Assembly (NCBI GenBank): GCA_028534125.1
Contig: CM052816.1
Location: 95,854,001 to 95,918,000, forward strand
Length of the DNA: 64,000 nucleotides
Direction: 5' to 3'
From: Lama glama
Taxonomy: Eukaryota
Part shown: piece after piece, positions 36,353-49,620 of the stretch
Numbering within the stretch: position 1 is the stretch's first letter
Layout of the letters: each line of letters starts with the position of its first letter
Notes under the pieces: model-generated
Databases searched by the model: none
What the model was told of the DNA's origin: nothing
Seen by the model: only the letters and a program-made list of their open reading frames with translations
Program-made: the position numbers and the translations under genes

Positions 36353-39300
36353 AAAGGAAAATGAAAGCACATGTTTGAACGTGTGGTGTCAGAAGGTGGC
36401 ACGGATGTCGCAGAGACACTGTGTGTCTGATGTCCTGTCTTAGAGGACTCATCCTGACTGAGATGGCCGCCTGCTCATTTCTCGTCTACCTGGATATTAT
36501 TTCTGCTCTGCTTGTTAGAGTCACAGACAATAGAACCATTTTTCCCCATCAGATCAGAGAGGAAGCCGAGGACAGCCTGGCCTTCTCTGTCCGTGTAAAC
36601 AGGTTCATCTTCTCCATGCTGCCAAGATCCCAGGTGCCATGGTGACGTGTCCCATCACATGACAAAAAGACAGACAGATGGAAGAGGACAAAGAATCCAG
36701 GGCTGAACCCTCATTTTTCCGTTTCCCCTAACTGGACACACTGAACAGACAATAGCTTGCAGAGATATTTCATTATGCACTTCTGTGCTCAGCTTTGGGA
36801 CCCTTTCAACTGATGCTGGCAATTTGGAACTCCTATCACATTGCATGTCTTCCCAATGAAGCAACATCAGTAGGCGAGTGGGCTGGGGGTGTTTCCCATC
36901 TGCTTGAAGTCACAAATGCATTTTCTGTCTGGCTGATGATGTTGGAAGCTAGGAGATATACATATATTTCTAAAACAACTTCAGAATCCTTTAGCTTCTA
37001 GTGCAGCAAAAGATGGTCCTCATTTTGGCTGTAGCTTGTAGTTCACATGTGATGACAGCAAATGTGTTTAGGTTTGGATTTGCCAGTCACCAATAAAGAG
37101 GATTCAAATATCAGTTTACACACCCAGGATATGCAGGCCTGTTTGTACCAATCTGAAGTCTTTGCTTTAGAAGACGCAGGGCAGCGTTCGTCCTCCCGGG
37201 TGTGGGAGAGCTCTGAGGCTGCTCCTCTGCTTCCCGCAGGTCTGATACTTCCATCTCCAGAGCCAAATAACAGCCTCCATCTTCCCGCAGTTTCATTTCC
37301 CCACATCCCACTAGGCGGACGGTTTCTCACTAACGGTGCTCTCGGGTGGCCAGCTCTGGGAAGAGCCGCTGTGTTCTGGAGGTGTTGATACCTCCTGCTT
37401 TGGGGGGGACAGTGAGGAATCACTTGTAATTTCTGTTCATCTCAGGTTCAGATGCCTTCTCCCCGAATCATGGTGTGTATTCTCTGCAGGTGGAGAGAGG
37501 GAGAGTGGGAGTGATTTCAAATATTCAGGAAAAAACCTCTAAATATACAATTCTCATGTGGCTTCTTTACTCAGATGCCAAATTCTCATTCAGCTCTGCT
37601 CTAGTAAGGCTGGTTAATGAGATGAATATTAAGGTGTGACTGTCTGGGTGCTTAAACGTTACCAAGAGTGATATGAAAGATAAGGCGTGCTAAAGCAGAC
37701 ACTTCTGGAAACACTTTCACAGTCTACTTTCCTGGAAACATATTTCCTCCAGAGACTCTGCCTCGCTATCACGCTGATGGAGATTGCGCAGGATACGCGT
37801 TGCTCCACTGTAGAAGCTAAACAGAGTCCGCGCTTTGTCTTTCCGGAGCCGCCCTCGTCTGGACTCCCGCCCGAGCCTTGACGAATTTGTTTGTCCCGCT
37901 CATTTAGCCTGGGGTTAGCTTCCATAGTGGTACGCCATCATCCTCCAGCCCATCTCTGCATTTTTTGAGATGGGGCCAGACACTGTCGCCCCAGGAGCCT
38001 TGGTTGCAGGATCACACACCCACGGGTCAGGAGGGAGGACTGCTGACTGCGGGACGAGGCACTGTCCCCCATTCCTCCACCTCCTGCAGCTCCCCCAGGG
38101 GATGCAGTGCCCCTGCTCAGCCAGGAGCCAAGAAGACGGGCAATGAGGTAGGCTATTCTGAGAAAGGAGCCCACAGGAGTATTGCATTCCATTTCAGAGA
38201 GAGGGTCCGATGAGTGCCCCCAAACCAGAAGATGCGTCTTGCTGCATGTGTCCAGCTCTCCATCCTGGTTTTGACTCCTTCAGCACCCAAGTTCCAGGGT
38301 TTTTTTTCTCCAATTCTCCAGGGTTTCAGTGACCGTGCGACAGTGACTTCCACCGAGAAGGCTAAATCTGTGTGCTTATGTAAACAGATTTCTCAAAATG
38401 TAAATGCTCTCACAATTTGAATATTAGAAGATAAACGCCACAGTTTTAAAAGTCTCGCAAATTAAAATTGCCTTTTAAATTCTCAGACTCTCATTCCAAT
38501 GTAGTAACTGACTGAAGTTAAGGTAATCTGGACCTGGAAAGGGTAGGAAGACGTGAACATTTAATGTCTGCCCGCCTTCTTTAGGCTAACGACCACCCAT
38601 TCTAGAGCCTTCAGACAGTTTAAATATTACACCTCGTTACATACCTAAGTGCTGTCATTCTTGTCAGACTATAAATATTCTAATTTTAGCCTTGGGAAAT
38701 ACGTTTCCAAAACTTCTCTGCGTGTAGACCTACATCTCTTGGGGTGAGAGGAGGGACGGGTTGTCAGAAATTTCCGAGAAAGAAAAGAAGCTAGCCAGAG
38801 CACCCAAGTCAACTCTGGCCATCAGTGGGATGACAGACGATGCAGACAGATGGCGCCCACGCTGGAGAAACATCCAAATGCAGGGGCAGGGAGACCCACA
38901 TGTCTGAAAAGCGGTCTTACTAGGGTACAAGTTTGGAATCACGTTACAGATTGTATGAACACACACTTAATGTCCATGGGATAGTCTTCTTTTAAAAAAT
39001 TATTCTTTTGCCACCTAATCAATGTAGATAGTCATCTGAAAACTTTATTTCAGAGAGAAGGCTGGGGACTGGGAAAATCTGCCTCAATGAGCTGAAAACA
39101 CTAAGCTTTTGGGGAGAGTCAACAGAAGTTCAGAGAGCTGCTGGGCCTGTGTCTCCCTGCCTTTCTATGCAAAGCTAACACCTTCCTCTCTCTTCTCGAT
39201 ATATTTGACCATCTGACGCATCACTCCACACCTTTGCAGGACAAAATAATGATTGTTTTTAAGATGTGATGGAAACATTTGGCTTCATATCTGTGACATC

Positions 39301-40369
39301 TGGATCTACTTAATCCTTCTGGTTGGGGGTCAGGTTGGTGATTTTATCCTATAATTTAAAACATATTCAAATCAATGATGTGTGGGTTTCTTTCTCTCCT
39401 TCTGGTGTTCTGTTTGTTTTTGTTTTAAATGTTTCTCCACAAGATCATCAGTGTAACAAAATTTTGAATAAAATATCTACTTACATCTCTGAAAACATGT
39501 CCATTTTTAAAATGACGAGAAAGGATTCATCTTACTTAAACCTCAACAATCCTGAGGAATAAAACACATTGTGACCCTGTTTCTGTTTTTGAGGTTGGAA
39601 TGCATGATCTTAAGTGAAATCTTTAGTCCCTGTTAACTAAACTCTCTTCTTTCTATAGCTGTACAGGTAATGCAATATAAGCAAACGCTAGCGTGTAATC
39701 AGGTGGACTCTGAATTTGGAACTCTAAGGCCCCACGGCTAGGCTGGGCCCCGCACTTGGTAAGCGTGCTCTGAATGACCTGAATTCCAGAACCACTGGGG
39801 AAACTTCAGATTCTTTTGAAGATAAGCAGGTGGAAAAGGGTTGGAAAAAATAAGTGGCCAATAATGGGATAGGATGTTGTATTACTAAATATACGGAATG
39901 CCCTCTGGCCACAAGCTCACTCCCATGGACAGCAAATGCTGTGCTTGCGACTGCAAGTTAATGCATCTTACTTCACTTGAAACCCAGAGAATTGGCTTCC
40001 AGAAAGCCTTGGCCAGATATAGTCAAAAAGCTCAGATAAATATTCCCCAGTATATTCACCACTGCCTGTCTGCTGTCATACTTGAAGTTCTTGAAACAAG
40101 GGCTGGTGTCTTTGATCATGGAGGCATGATGTCCTTAACAGCACAAGGTGAGGGTGGATGTGGAGGCCAACTATGGGAGGAAAGAGGAAACCTTGAGCAT
40201 CATATTTTAGACTGGGGGGCTAAGTGGATTTGTGTAACACTTTACAAAGACTGGAAACTCGTCCATACACAAGGCAAAACCACTGACTTCCAAAGCCAGT
40301 AACCTGATCTGTTCAGCTCTTTCTACAACTGCACCTGCTTCTTTGGGTCATTTAAGCAGCTTCTGAGCA

Positions 40370-40760
40370 ATGCCATAAGCGCAGGGATGAGCTGATCCTC
40401 TGTTCCTTAATCTGTAAAGTGGGGATAATAATGATAGATTCCACACACATCACAAAGTTCCAGGTACGTGACTGTGAGTGCTAATGAACGCAACCCCCAG
40501 GTAAAGAGAAACACAGTCACAAGTGATCTCCAGCAACACCTTGGGAGGGGAGGGAGCACTGGAAAGGAGCTTGTTGAACAACAGAGGGTCATAAAGCCTG
40601 ATTTGGACTCTAGATCTATACCCATGAGCTGGGTAACTTGATGAGCCTGAGCCTCATGTTTCCTCATCTTCGAAATGAAGGTACAGATAATTCCAGGCTG
40701 AACGAGTTACGTTGATGAGCCAGTGGAATCCATGCCTGGCTGACAACGAGGACTGTTTTT
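40370..40760 (+). mobile_element. Two MIR fragments (~40370-40500 and ~40590-40760)
   Basis: atctgtaaagtggggataataat and gagcctcatgtttcctcatcttcgaaatgaag cores. Confidence 0.65.
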
Positions 40761-41274
40761 TTGTTGTTAAACGTGACCACTTTTGACCTGCAAAAATGAC
40801 AGTTTCATACACGTCAGCCTAATAACCAATCAAAGAAACAATCACGGGGTTTGGACGAGAGCTGATTCCAGATGAAGGAAGCAGCAGGTGCAGACTTATC
40901 TGGCAAAGAAAGGAAATAAAAACATAGGAAAGTACAAGAGTGAAAGGGGAAATGAAGAGCGTATCAGATGGCTTTGCTGCAGAGACGATGGGGCCAACAT
41001 TTCAGTCCTCATGGCCACGAGTTCCCTCCCACGTCCGTTGCCTGATGGCTGTGGATCTGCAGCAGCCCTCTTGCTGTTCTGAGTCCCGAAGGAGCAGCCC
41101 CAGTTTGGGATGTGCTGCTCGTGGGCAGAGGGAAAAGAACAAAGGCTGGGGAGTCACACTGCAGTCCTAAAGCTTCTGCTGTATCACTCCCAGGGGCAAG
41201 TGGCCAAATCCGATGTAAAGAGGGGAGAGAGATGAAATCTTATAGCAGCTATTTGGGAATAAAAATGACTCTAC

Positions 41275-41885
41275 CATATGGGAAAGTAAAATGGTGAAGC
41301 TGCTGTGCAAAACAGCCTGGTGGTTCCTGTGAAAGTTAAACACAGAATCACCACATGACCCAGCAATTCCACTCCCAGGTACATGCCCAGGAGAACTGAA
41401 AACAGAGACTGGAACCAGACACCTGTACTTGGATATTCACAGCAGCATTGTTCACAATCACGCAAAAGTGGAAACAACCCAGGTGTCCATCAACAGATAA
41501 ATGGGTTAAAAAATGAGTAATAAACACACCGTGGAATATTATGCAACCATAAAAAGGAATGGAATTCTGACACATGCTACACGAACCTTAAATGTTATAG
41601 ATGACAGAAGACAGACACAAAAGGACAAATCCTGTATGAGTCCACCTAGAGAAGGCAAATTCCTAGTGGCAGAAAGCAGAACAGAGGATACCAGGGGCTG
41701 GAGGGAGGAGGGAGTGGGGAGTTACTGCTTAATTGGTACAGAATTTCTCTTTGGGATAATTAAAAAGCTCTTTGTTACTGGTGATGGTTATACAACACTG
41801 TGAATGTACTTAATACCATTGAATTGTACACTTAAAATCATAAAGTTTAGGTTATATATATATGTAACGACAACAAAAAATTATA
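41275..41885 (+). mobile_element. LINE-1 ORF2 end plus 3' UTR (L1MB-like)
   Basis: catgacccagcaattccactcccaggt...VEYYATIKRNGILTHA...gaattgtacacttaaa. Confidence 0.88.
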
Positions 41886-41974
41886 TCATAAAAGGAAAGA
41901 GGTGAGGGCTGGGTGTGCTATTACCACTACCTGTGGTATACTATTCCTGGGCAAAACAGGCGACAGGTAATTCT

Positions 41975-42078
41975 CCATCGTGACACCCTGATACCAAAAC
42001 AAGGCAAAGACACTACCAAAAAAGAAAATGACAGGCCAGTATCTTTGATGAATACAGATGCAAAAATGCTCATCATGA
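41975..42078 (+). mobile_element. LINE-1 ORF2 reverse-transcriptase fragment
   Basis: Translates as [29 protein letters not shown], matching L1 RT [29 protein letters not shown]. Confidence 0.85.
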
Positions 42079-43199
42079 ATCAACTCACTGTTAAATCCCC
42101 ATCAGCCTTCCCCGCTGGAATCAGCTTGTGCTCAGGGAGATAGACAAATATTATGGACCCCAACACTTTTAGAATCTAAATAGATAATTACCATTCAAAT
42201 ACAGGGCGCTCCTCCTCAAAGTACACAGGCTTTTACAGACCCCTGAGCCTAAGAATGTGCAGTGATTGTTTAGAATAAAGCAAAAAAACAAAAAAACAAA
42301 AAAAATCAAGTCCTCTGACATCATCTTTAAAAAGTTCATCTCAAGAGTCAAACTCAAATAAATGTAAAAAAGTAGATTTCATCCTTTCTTTCTTTTTTTA
42401 ATGGGTACAGGGTGCTTGGGGCAAATTTTCTGGAATAATAATTACTACCCCTCAGGGCATCAAAGTTGTGCCTGATTGGCTCTTGTAAAGAATTTTAAAG
42501 ACTGATTCAGTCACTCGTAGCTAATCTAGAGTGAACAAATTGATTATGAATGGCGTGCTTCCAGAACATTCAAAATAAAAACACCTCCCTGGATGGAAGC
42601 AGTTTCTGTCAACACGAGCCCCCGGAGGCAGCACGCTGGGGGTGCATCTTTGGGGCAGTTGTCCTTGTCCAGTGATGAATGTAACCAGGGTTTAGTGCCG
42701 CTAACTCAGCGGAGCAATTCCATCTGAAAATGCAGCAAAATTTTTTCCTCCCCTTGCTTTGGGTTTTGTTGTCCTCCAGGCTTCTGCCCTGCAAATCGCG
42801 GCTGATTCGGCATCCCTCACGCCCGGGTCCACGGCCTGCGCGTATCCCCTCCTTCTAAGGATTCCAGGCCGGATGCCAAGTGTGACCAGCTCTCGGTCTC
42901 CCTGTTTTTACAGGAGGAGAATGAACGGACCTCTTGTGAAATAACTCTCCAACTTGTTCTCCTCGGGGTTTTAAATCACACTGGAGAGAGCAAAAATAAA
43001 ATAAAGTGGAACAGGGCGGACAGGCCAGCAAAGACAAACTGAGAAAGGAGCCTCAAGCCCTTGGGGTTAAGCCTTCTGGGGCCAAGATCCAGTGAGACTG
43101 GGAGGTTTCCGGCTCAAGGGCGGAGCATCCCGATGGGACTGTGAGCTCCAAGGAGGTCCAGCCGCACTCTTATTGGGCAAGTGGGGATTTTTAGCTTTT

Positions 43200-43920
43200 T
43201 AATTAGATTTTTTATTTATTGCAAATAATGTAATAACGACTAATAAATAGTGAGGAAGAAAATCATCCACAGTTCACATCCCCATAAATCAGCCATTGGG
43301 ATCAGCCCGTGTTCCCATTCAAATGCTGTGAATAAAAATATTTAATTTTCACCTGATTATCAGCATGACAAAGGTATATTTTTATAAATTTTCATTTCCC
43401 TTATTATGTTAAGTATTTTCTCATTGATCATTTTAATGACTACAGAATATTCTATTGAGCTGATGTATAGCACAGGGCCCAGAAATAGGGGCAATTAATA
43501 TGCATTTGTTGGAAAGATGGATGCCTGTGGTTTACTTACCTGCCTCCTGCCTGTGATGGCATGGAGCGCGCCTCCGTTTTTACTATTATAAATAAGATTT
43601 AATTGGTATTATTGTTTTTCCTACTCTTTGCGTAATTTCATTAGGAAAAGTTCTTAGAAATAGGGTTCCCAGGTCAGGGGCCATTAAGTGCGTCAGCAAA
43701 TTCCTTTCTAAGGAGACTGCATGGGTTTGCTGGCTTGTGACTTAGCAGCGCACAGAACTGCTGGGTTTTTTATCTCCCGACTGGCACTGCTTGGTTAAGA
43801 CTTTTTTTCACATTTCCTAATTTCGTAGGTGCAGAGGGAAAAACTTCAATTTGCACATCTCTCTCTTAAAATAATTATTGAATAACTTTTCCTTTTCATC
43901 TTCACTTTATAAGCCTTTTC
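43200..43920 (-). mobile_element. Degraded LINE-1 3' region (L1ME-like) with a small L2 tail piece near 43460-43525
   Basis: catttttaatgactacagaatattctattg-like text, aagttcttagaaatagggttcccaggtcagggg. Confidence 0.55.
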
Positions 43921-44309
43921 CTATGGCCTGACACAAAGATAATCAACTTTTAATTTTCTCAGTAAACCTCGTTTCATGGACTTGGAGACATTGAAACGGC
44001 GTGGGGGGTGTCCTGCACCGGCTCTGTCCCACAAAGAGGACACGTTTGAGTCACTGGACTCTCCCCGACCACCCTTAGCCCAGAGCCTGGCCCGCAGTGG
44101 CTGTCACTGCACGCTGTCACTAAATGCTTCAAGGTCAGAGGCTGAAGGCTCAAGGCGGCTCCCAGTTGGCAAGGAAGGTTCTCAGGTGGGCTGTGCATCA
44201 AAGACCATGAGGTTGTTACTAACAGTTCTCCCTGAAGCCCTCATGGGGTTGGCAACCTACCTCACACTTCACATGGGCTGGTCTGTCCTCACATGGTCAC
44301 AAAGGTTGC

Positions 44310-44450
44310 TTAGTAAATCCTCACAGCGTTGTAGAAAGCATCTTCATTTTCACCCTCACTTTCCAGATTCGGGACCAGGGCCCTCAGGGTTGTCGGCGTT
44401 TGCCCAGGATGCCTCGGCCATGAGGATCTGAGCCCAGGTGACCTGACCCC
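44310..44450 (-). mobile_element. MIR fragment
   Basis: aatcctcacagc...caccctcactttccagat...tgcccagg..ggatctgagcccagg. Confidence 0.6.
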
Positions 44451-45514
44451 ACAGCCCGGCTTGGGGTGTCTGCCCCACAGCGCTGGGGCACAGGGACCGC
44501 CGGGGCCGGGTGTTAGACCTTCAGAATCTCGCCTGAAGTAAAGTATACCCAGCAGGAAGGTCACAGGTGTGCTCAACGATTACACCTTGTCTTCTTTATT
44601 TCTTTTTAGAAATTAATGTTGAGTCCATAATACACGAAAGCTCCCCAGATGATGACGGTGACCATGGGCACTAACTGGCTTGATCTTAATATTTTAAAAA
44701 ACTGAGACCTGAGGCAGGTGTCACTGATCCCACAACAAATGAGGAAAGGAGTGACCAGCACAGCCGCGATTTGCAGCCGGGCCTCCCAACGCATCTGCAC
44801 AAGGAGGGCCAGGACGGCAAGGCTGGTCCTGAGGGGGTGCCAGGGACCAGGTGCTCAGCACCGGGTGAGGCACACCTGGCTGCGGATGATGGAGGCCTCA
44901 GCGAGCGGAAACCACGTGCACAAGAAGGTGGCCGGGGAGGCCAGGAGAGAGGCTGGCACGTGGCTCAAGGGAGCCTTTGCTCAGTAGGAGACCAGACACA
45001 GGAGGAGGAGCGATGGGCAGGGGGAGACGGGAGACGCTCCAGAAGTGTTGCTGGGGCCTCCCTGGGGCAGCGACAGGCGGGATGGAGGGTCCAGGGCTGG
45101 TGGGAGTTCACCTGGAGCAGGAGAAGGAGCTAAGGAAGGAGGTGGCGAGGGGCCTCGTGCTTCCTGTGCCGCAGGGGCTGAGGCCGCAGGGCGGGGCCGG
45201 TGCTCAGGGAATTCCCGACGCCCTGCCTGCAGACTGGCTGGGAAGTTCTGCAGAACCCCTGCGGATGGGTTTCACACAATGGGGGACCCCCAAGCCACAC
45301 TGAGGGGATGACAAGGTCCAGCGCAAGGGGCTGGGCTAGACCCCAAACCAAGACTGATTTTCCAGAACCTCCCATCGGTTTAGCAGTGAGCCCCACCTCC
45401 TCACGTACTTCCTGGGGTCTTGGGTTTCTCCAGGTCAACAGCCTCCTTTTTGGATTAAACAGCGAAAACTTGAAAGGGGGCCATGGAGGAGACCCTTCTC
45501 CTCATTGTTCTCGA

Positions 45515-45739
45515 CCAGGTTTCTCAGCTCCAACACAGTCGGCAGTGGGTGCCGGGCAATCATTTGGGGGTGACAGGCTGTCCTGGGCGCTGGGAGTGCA
45601 CGGTGGTGCCCTTGGCCTCTGCCCATTAGAGGCCAGGCGCATCTCCCCTCCCTCGTGTGACAGCAAAAAAAAAAAAAAGTCCCCAGATGTTGCCACATGT
45701 CCCCAGGGGACAAAATCACCCCCAGGGGGGGAACAACTG
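45515..45739 (-). mobile_element. MER20 hAT-Charlie element
   Basis: caggtttctcagctccaacac...ccagatgttgccacatgtccccagggggacaaaatcacccc...aacaactg is the reverse complement of MER20. Confidence 0.9.
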
Positions 45740-46199
45740 TCTTAACAGAACTCATTTATTTTCCTTGAAAAAGGAAAATGGTCTAATAAAGGTGTAGATG
45801 AAGATTTTTATAATTTAAAAGTGATCCGTGACCATCGTACTAATGACGCAGTCAAACAATAGAGCACTGAGGGTCTGTGGATATCACCTTTCAGATAAAA
45901 CTCAGAACTGTGTCATTTCAACCAGATTCAGAGTCTGTCTGTTTTGGTCTTTCTCCCAGGAAGTTTTCTCTGGGCATGTTCTCCTCTGCTTCTCATTCCA
46001 AACCGCTGTTTATTGCCTCTAAGAAACAGCTGTTGTGTCCCCAGAGCAAGGACGTCTCAGTGGTACCGGGCACGTACCTGAGTTCTGGGAGCGTTGCAGG
46101 GCTTAATCAACTTATGGGTGCAAAATTCAGGGCGTTGGGACAGAAATCTGAAGAGAAGAGCAAAGCTTTGTGTGGCTTCAGAAGTGTGTGTGGTGAATA

Positions 46200-46413
46200 T
46201 TTGCACATTTCAGTTTGCAAACATTAACTACTACATGTAAAATAGATGAACAGGTTTCTACCGTACAGCACAGGGATCTATATTCAGTATCTAACAGTAA
46301 CCTATGAAAAAGAATACGAAAATGAATATATGTATGTATACGTATGACTGAGACACTATGCTGCATACCAGAAATTGACACACTGTAAACTGAATATACT
46401 TCAATTAAAAAAA
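46200..46413 (+). mobile_element. Severely 5'-truncated camelid-type LINE-1 3' end with TSD
   Basis: tacagcacagggatctatattcagtatct...ccagaaattgacacactgtaaactgaatatacttcaatt followed by poly(A). TSD aagtgtgtgtggtgaata (46182-46199) / aagtctgtgtggtgaata (46414-46431). Confidence 0.92.
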
Positions 46414-47059
46414 AAGTCTGTGTGGTGAATAGCCCTCTCCTTTTGTCTGCAGTTCGTCTTATGGAGAACGCTGCTCCTGAAGCTCAGACTATCTGACGCT
46501 CTGAGTGGGTTTTAGGGACACAGTCCAGATGGGGGCGACTGCAGCGGAGGAAGACAAGGCCAGATGCTTCTCTTCCACGGGGTCTGCCGTCTGCCTTCCA
46601 GGTCACTGGGGGTGCAGATAAGCTTCTGCAAAGAGTCTGAGGGTGTCTCCAGCAGCGCCATCCATCATTTCTTTTTAAACACGGGGAGAGAGAGGTCAAG
46701 CCAAGCAGGCAGGCTATCTGGCCAGCAGTGTCATTTCCCTCCGCCTCCTTCCTGAGAAGCTGTGTGTGGCCGCTCTCAGAGCTGGGGACAGCCCTGTCCC
46801 CTGAAGAGGGCTTGCAGCAAAGGCAGTTTAGGGACTGTGCCATACCGGATGGGAGTGTGTGGAGACCTCCCTGCAACCAGGCACAGGCTGATGGCTCTCT
46901 GGAGACCCTGACCCAGAAAGGAGGGCAAGTCTAACAAGGGATGTTTAGTGTAACAAGGAGCCCTGGGGTAACAGTGTGACTTTGTTTCATTTTTTTTTTT
47001 CTTGCCAGAATGCTAAATGGGATTAAGACAGAGAGCTGGGGTAACACATAAATATACAT

Positions 47060-48020
47060 CTTTACCAAGACTTACAGATAAACTGCGTATTGACGGAATT
47101 TGGGGCAGGACAGGTCTTTTTGAGCAGAACCTTAAAATGAAAAAATTAGCAGGTCTGATGACATAAACATTTCAAATATGTCTATAGAAAAAAGTCTCAA
47201 AGATAAGCATCAGAATACGGGGAAACCATCACAGCCTATGTATGTAACAGAATTATTTACATAGTAAGGACTCTCAAAAGCAACAAGAAAAGCACAAGTG
47301 TGCTCAACAGTCATCAAAAGATAGGAAGTAGGTGACTCAACAAAGGCCAGAAAGTGCATGAGAAGTTTGTTACCAAAGTGCTAACTGGAATAACAAGTGG
47401 CAGGTCGACGGTGGTGAAGGATGCGGTGGCTGGAGCTGGCGTTTCCTGCGGGGTGGCGCGCAAGGCGTGCGGGTGGGTTTGGTATCAGCACAGCGTTTTG
47501 GACAACCATTGACCAGTATACTTGAGATGTGAAAGTCTGAATGCTTTGTCCTGGGAAATCCACAGCTAAGCTCTTGGTATCAGGAGACAATAAGAGCTCC
47601 ATTCAAAAATTTAGAAAGCTTCGTGCCGTGGTTTTCCATGAAGGCAAAAATGTGAGAAACCCCTCCATGACCAGGAGAGAGTTTAAATAAATCCCAGATA
47701 AATCCATACCAAGGAATAATCCTGTAGCTATTAAAATTATTTACGTTAACCTACACTTACGGACTTGAGGATATTTATAAAATGGAAAAATAGATGTAAG
47801 GTAATCTATGTGATTTTATTTATGTAAAACTATGTAAGTATACTTACATATACTCATAAATAAATCTATAGAAAAATTGGAATTATATATATCAAAATAT
47901 TATTCAGTAGATATCTCTAGATTTGTAAATTAGACTGATTTCATTTCTTCTCTTATCTGTAGTTTCTAATATATTGACAAGCAACTTGTATTATTTGTGC
48001 AACAAATTAATAATAAAAGC
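47060..48020 (+). mobile_element. Degraded old LINE-1 ORF2 end and 3' UTR (L1ME-like)
   Basis: A-rich sense L1 phrases (acataaacatttcaaatat, ttttggacaacc, gggaaatccacagctaag, tttaaataaatccca). Confidence 0.6.
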
Positions 48021-48334
48021 AAAATAATAGAAATGAAAAGAGACCCTCTGACTCTGGACCAGACTTTCCGGTGCCTGTTCTGATTCCCGGCACTTGTCCC
48101 TGTGTGGGTGACTCTTTCCGACTTCTCACTTTCTGCCTGACACTCAAAGCTGGGCCTTGGGCTAAATCCCCCAGCCTCTCATGAAACTCGTTTTTTCCTC
48201 ACTTTTATCAGGGCCCACATCCTGTGTTTACTCCTGCCCAGCTGTTCCCGGCGGGATCCAGCTACTTCAGGATTTTGGTATCGCACCAGGAACAAGTTCC
48301 CAGAAGCAGAATTGAAAGCAAAGGAGGCCTATCA

Positions 48335-48845
48335 GCACCAGCGGCTGCTTTAAAATATGTAAATCTGGTTTATTGCTCTCCTGCTCAAAATGCTCCATTG
48401 TCTTGCCTTCAGATTCAGAATTAAAACCATACTCTCCGCAGAGTTTATAAGATTCCAAGAAATCTGAGCCCTGGCACCTCTCTGAATTTTTTCCTCTCTT
48501 CTCCTTACTTGGTTTGAGTGGAACATGATAGCCTCTGTGCTATTCTGGTTAACACATCAAGTCCATTTCCACCCCAGGGCCTTTGCACTTGCTTCCCTTG
48601 GCCCAGAAGAATGCATAGTCTGCCTCCCTCCCTCCCTTATTCAGGTCTCTGCTTGAGTGTCACCCTTGTGAAGAAGCCTTTCCTGATCATCCCATCTAAA
48701 CAGAACCTTCCCCCTCCTTCCACTTCCCCTGACTTACCTTTATTTCTCCTCACAGCACCTCAGTCACCACCTGATGATAAAGTACACCTTTATTTGTTCA
48801 TTTGTTTATCGCCACTCCCGCCTACAACAAAAGCTCCATGACAGG
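48335..48845 (+). mobile_element. LINE-2 3' fragment
   Basis: ctcctgctcaaaa..., cccagggcctttgcacttgct, ttcaggtctctgcttgagtgtcacc, aagctccatgacagg. Confidence 0.85.
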
Positions 48846-49233
48846 GAGATGGATCCACAAAAGATGTATCTTTTTGTATCCACAGTTTCTAAAAAAAATA
48901 AACGTCTGGTTCATATTCATTGCTGGGTAGAAAGAGAGGGAACAATAGTAGAAATTAATGAACTAGAAGACAAAGAAGCAAAAATCACAAAAGCAAGAGC
49001 CATTTTTAGAAAATAGAAATAAACTATGGACAAAGCAGATTAAATCAAAAAGAGGAAGACAAAAATAAACCACATTAGTGATGACAAAGGAGGCAAAACA
49101 GATAAAGGAAAAGTTTTCCAAATTGTGAGAGACTTCCTTGACCAACTCCAGAACGATCAATGGAAGATGCCACTGGGGTGGGGGCCCTGCCTGCCCTGAG
49201 GCCTCCGTGGCGATCTGCACAAAGCTTGTGGGG

Positions 49234-49620
49234 ACAGGCATGGCCCAGGTGTGTGGTGGGGGGAGGTTTGAAGCTTATACAGAATTAGATAATGACCTGA
49301 GAGAAAAATCACACAAATCTACATCTTGAAAAGCTGACAAATATCACAAACATCGTAAAATCCAGAAAAACTAACAGGAACTTGCTATTGGTAGCAGTGG
49401 CATAACTGACTTTCTGCCACGTGTCTGCAACACCCCCCCTCGGAGCTGTCCTCTGTGCTCCCTTTATTGCCTCCTCCTATGACAATAATTTAGCAATATT
49501 ATTTCTTGCAGAGAGAACAGAAAGCTAATTCCATCTTTCCTCCAGCAAGGCTGACAGAATTTGTTTTTTATTATTGATAGCCTGGAATAGCTTCTTTCGG
49601 CGCCACCTCTCATAACTGGT
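49234..49620. mobile_element. Probable hAT-Tip100 remnant (MER115/Zaphod-like)
   Basis: tgaagcttataca...gaaaaatcacacaaat...caaatatcacaaacatcgtaaaatccagaaaa resembles the remembered MER115/Zaphod end. Confidence 0.45.

Noticed and set aside
33934..45739. Inverted MER20 pair bracketing TAS2R1 as a composite transposon
   Set aside because: MER20 is abundant and long inactive, no shared outer TSD is visible, and independent insertions are the simpler explanation.
43974..45755. Cluster of overlapping 90-180 aa ORFs
   Set aside because: GC-rich sequence partly derived from MIR, L2 and MER20, with ORFs in many frames on both strands and no recognisable domain.
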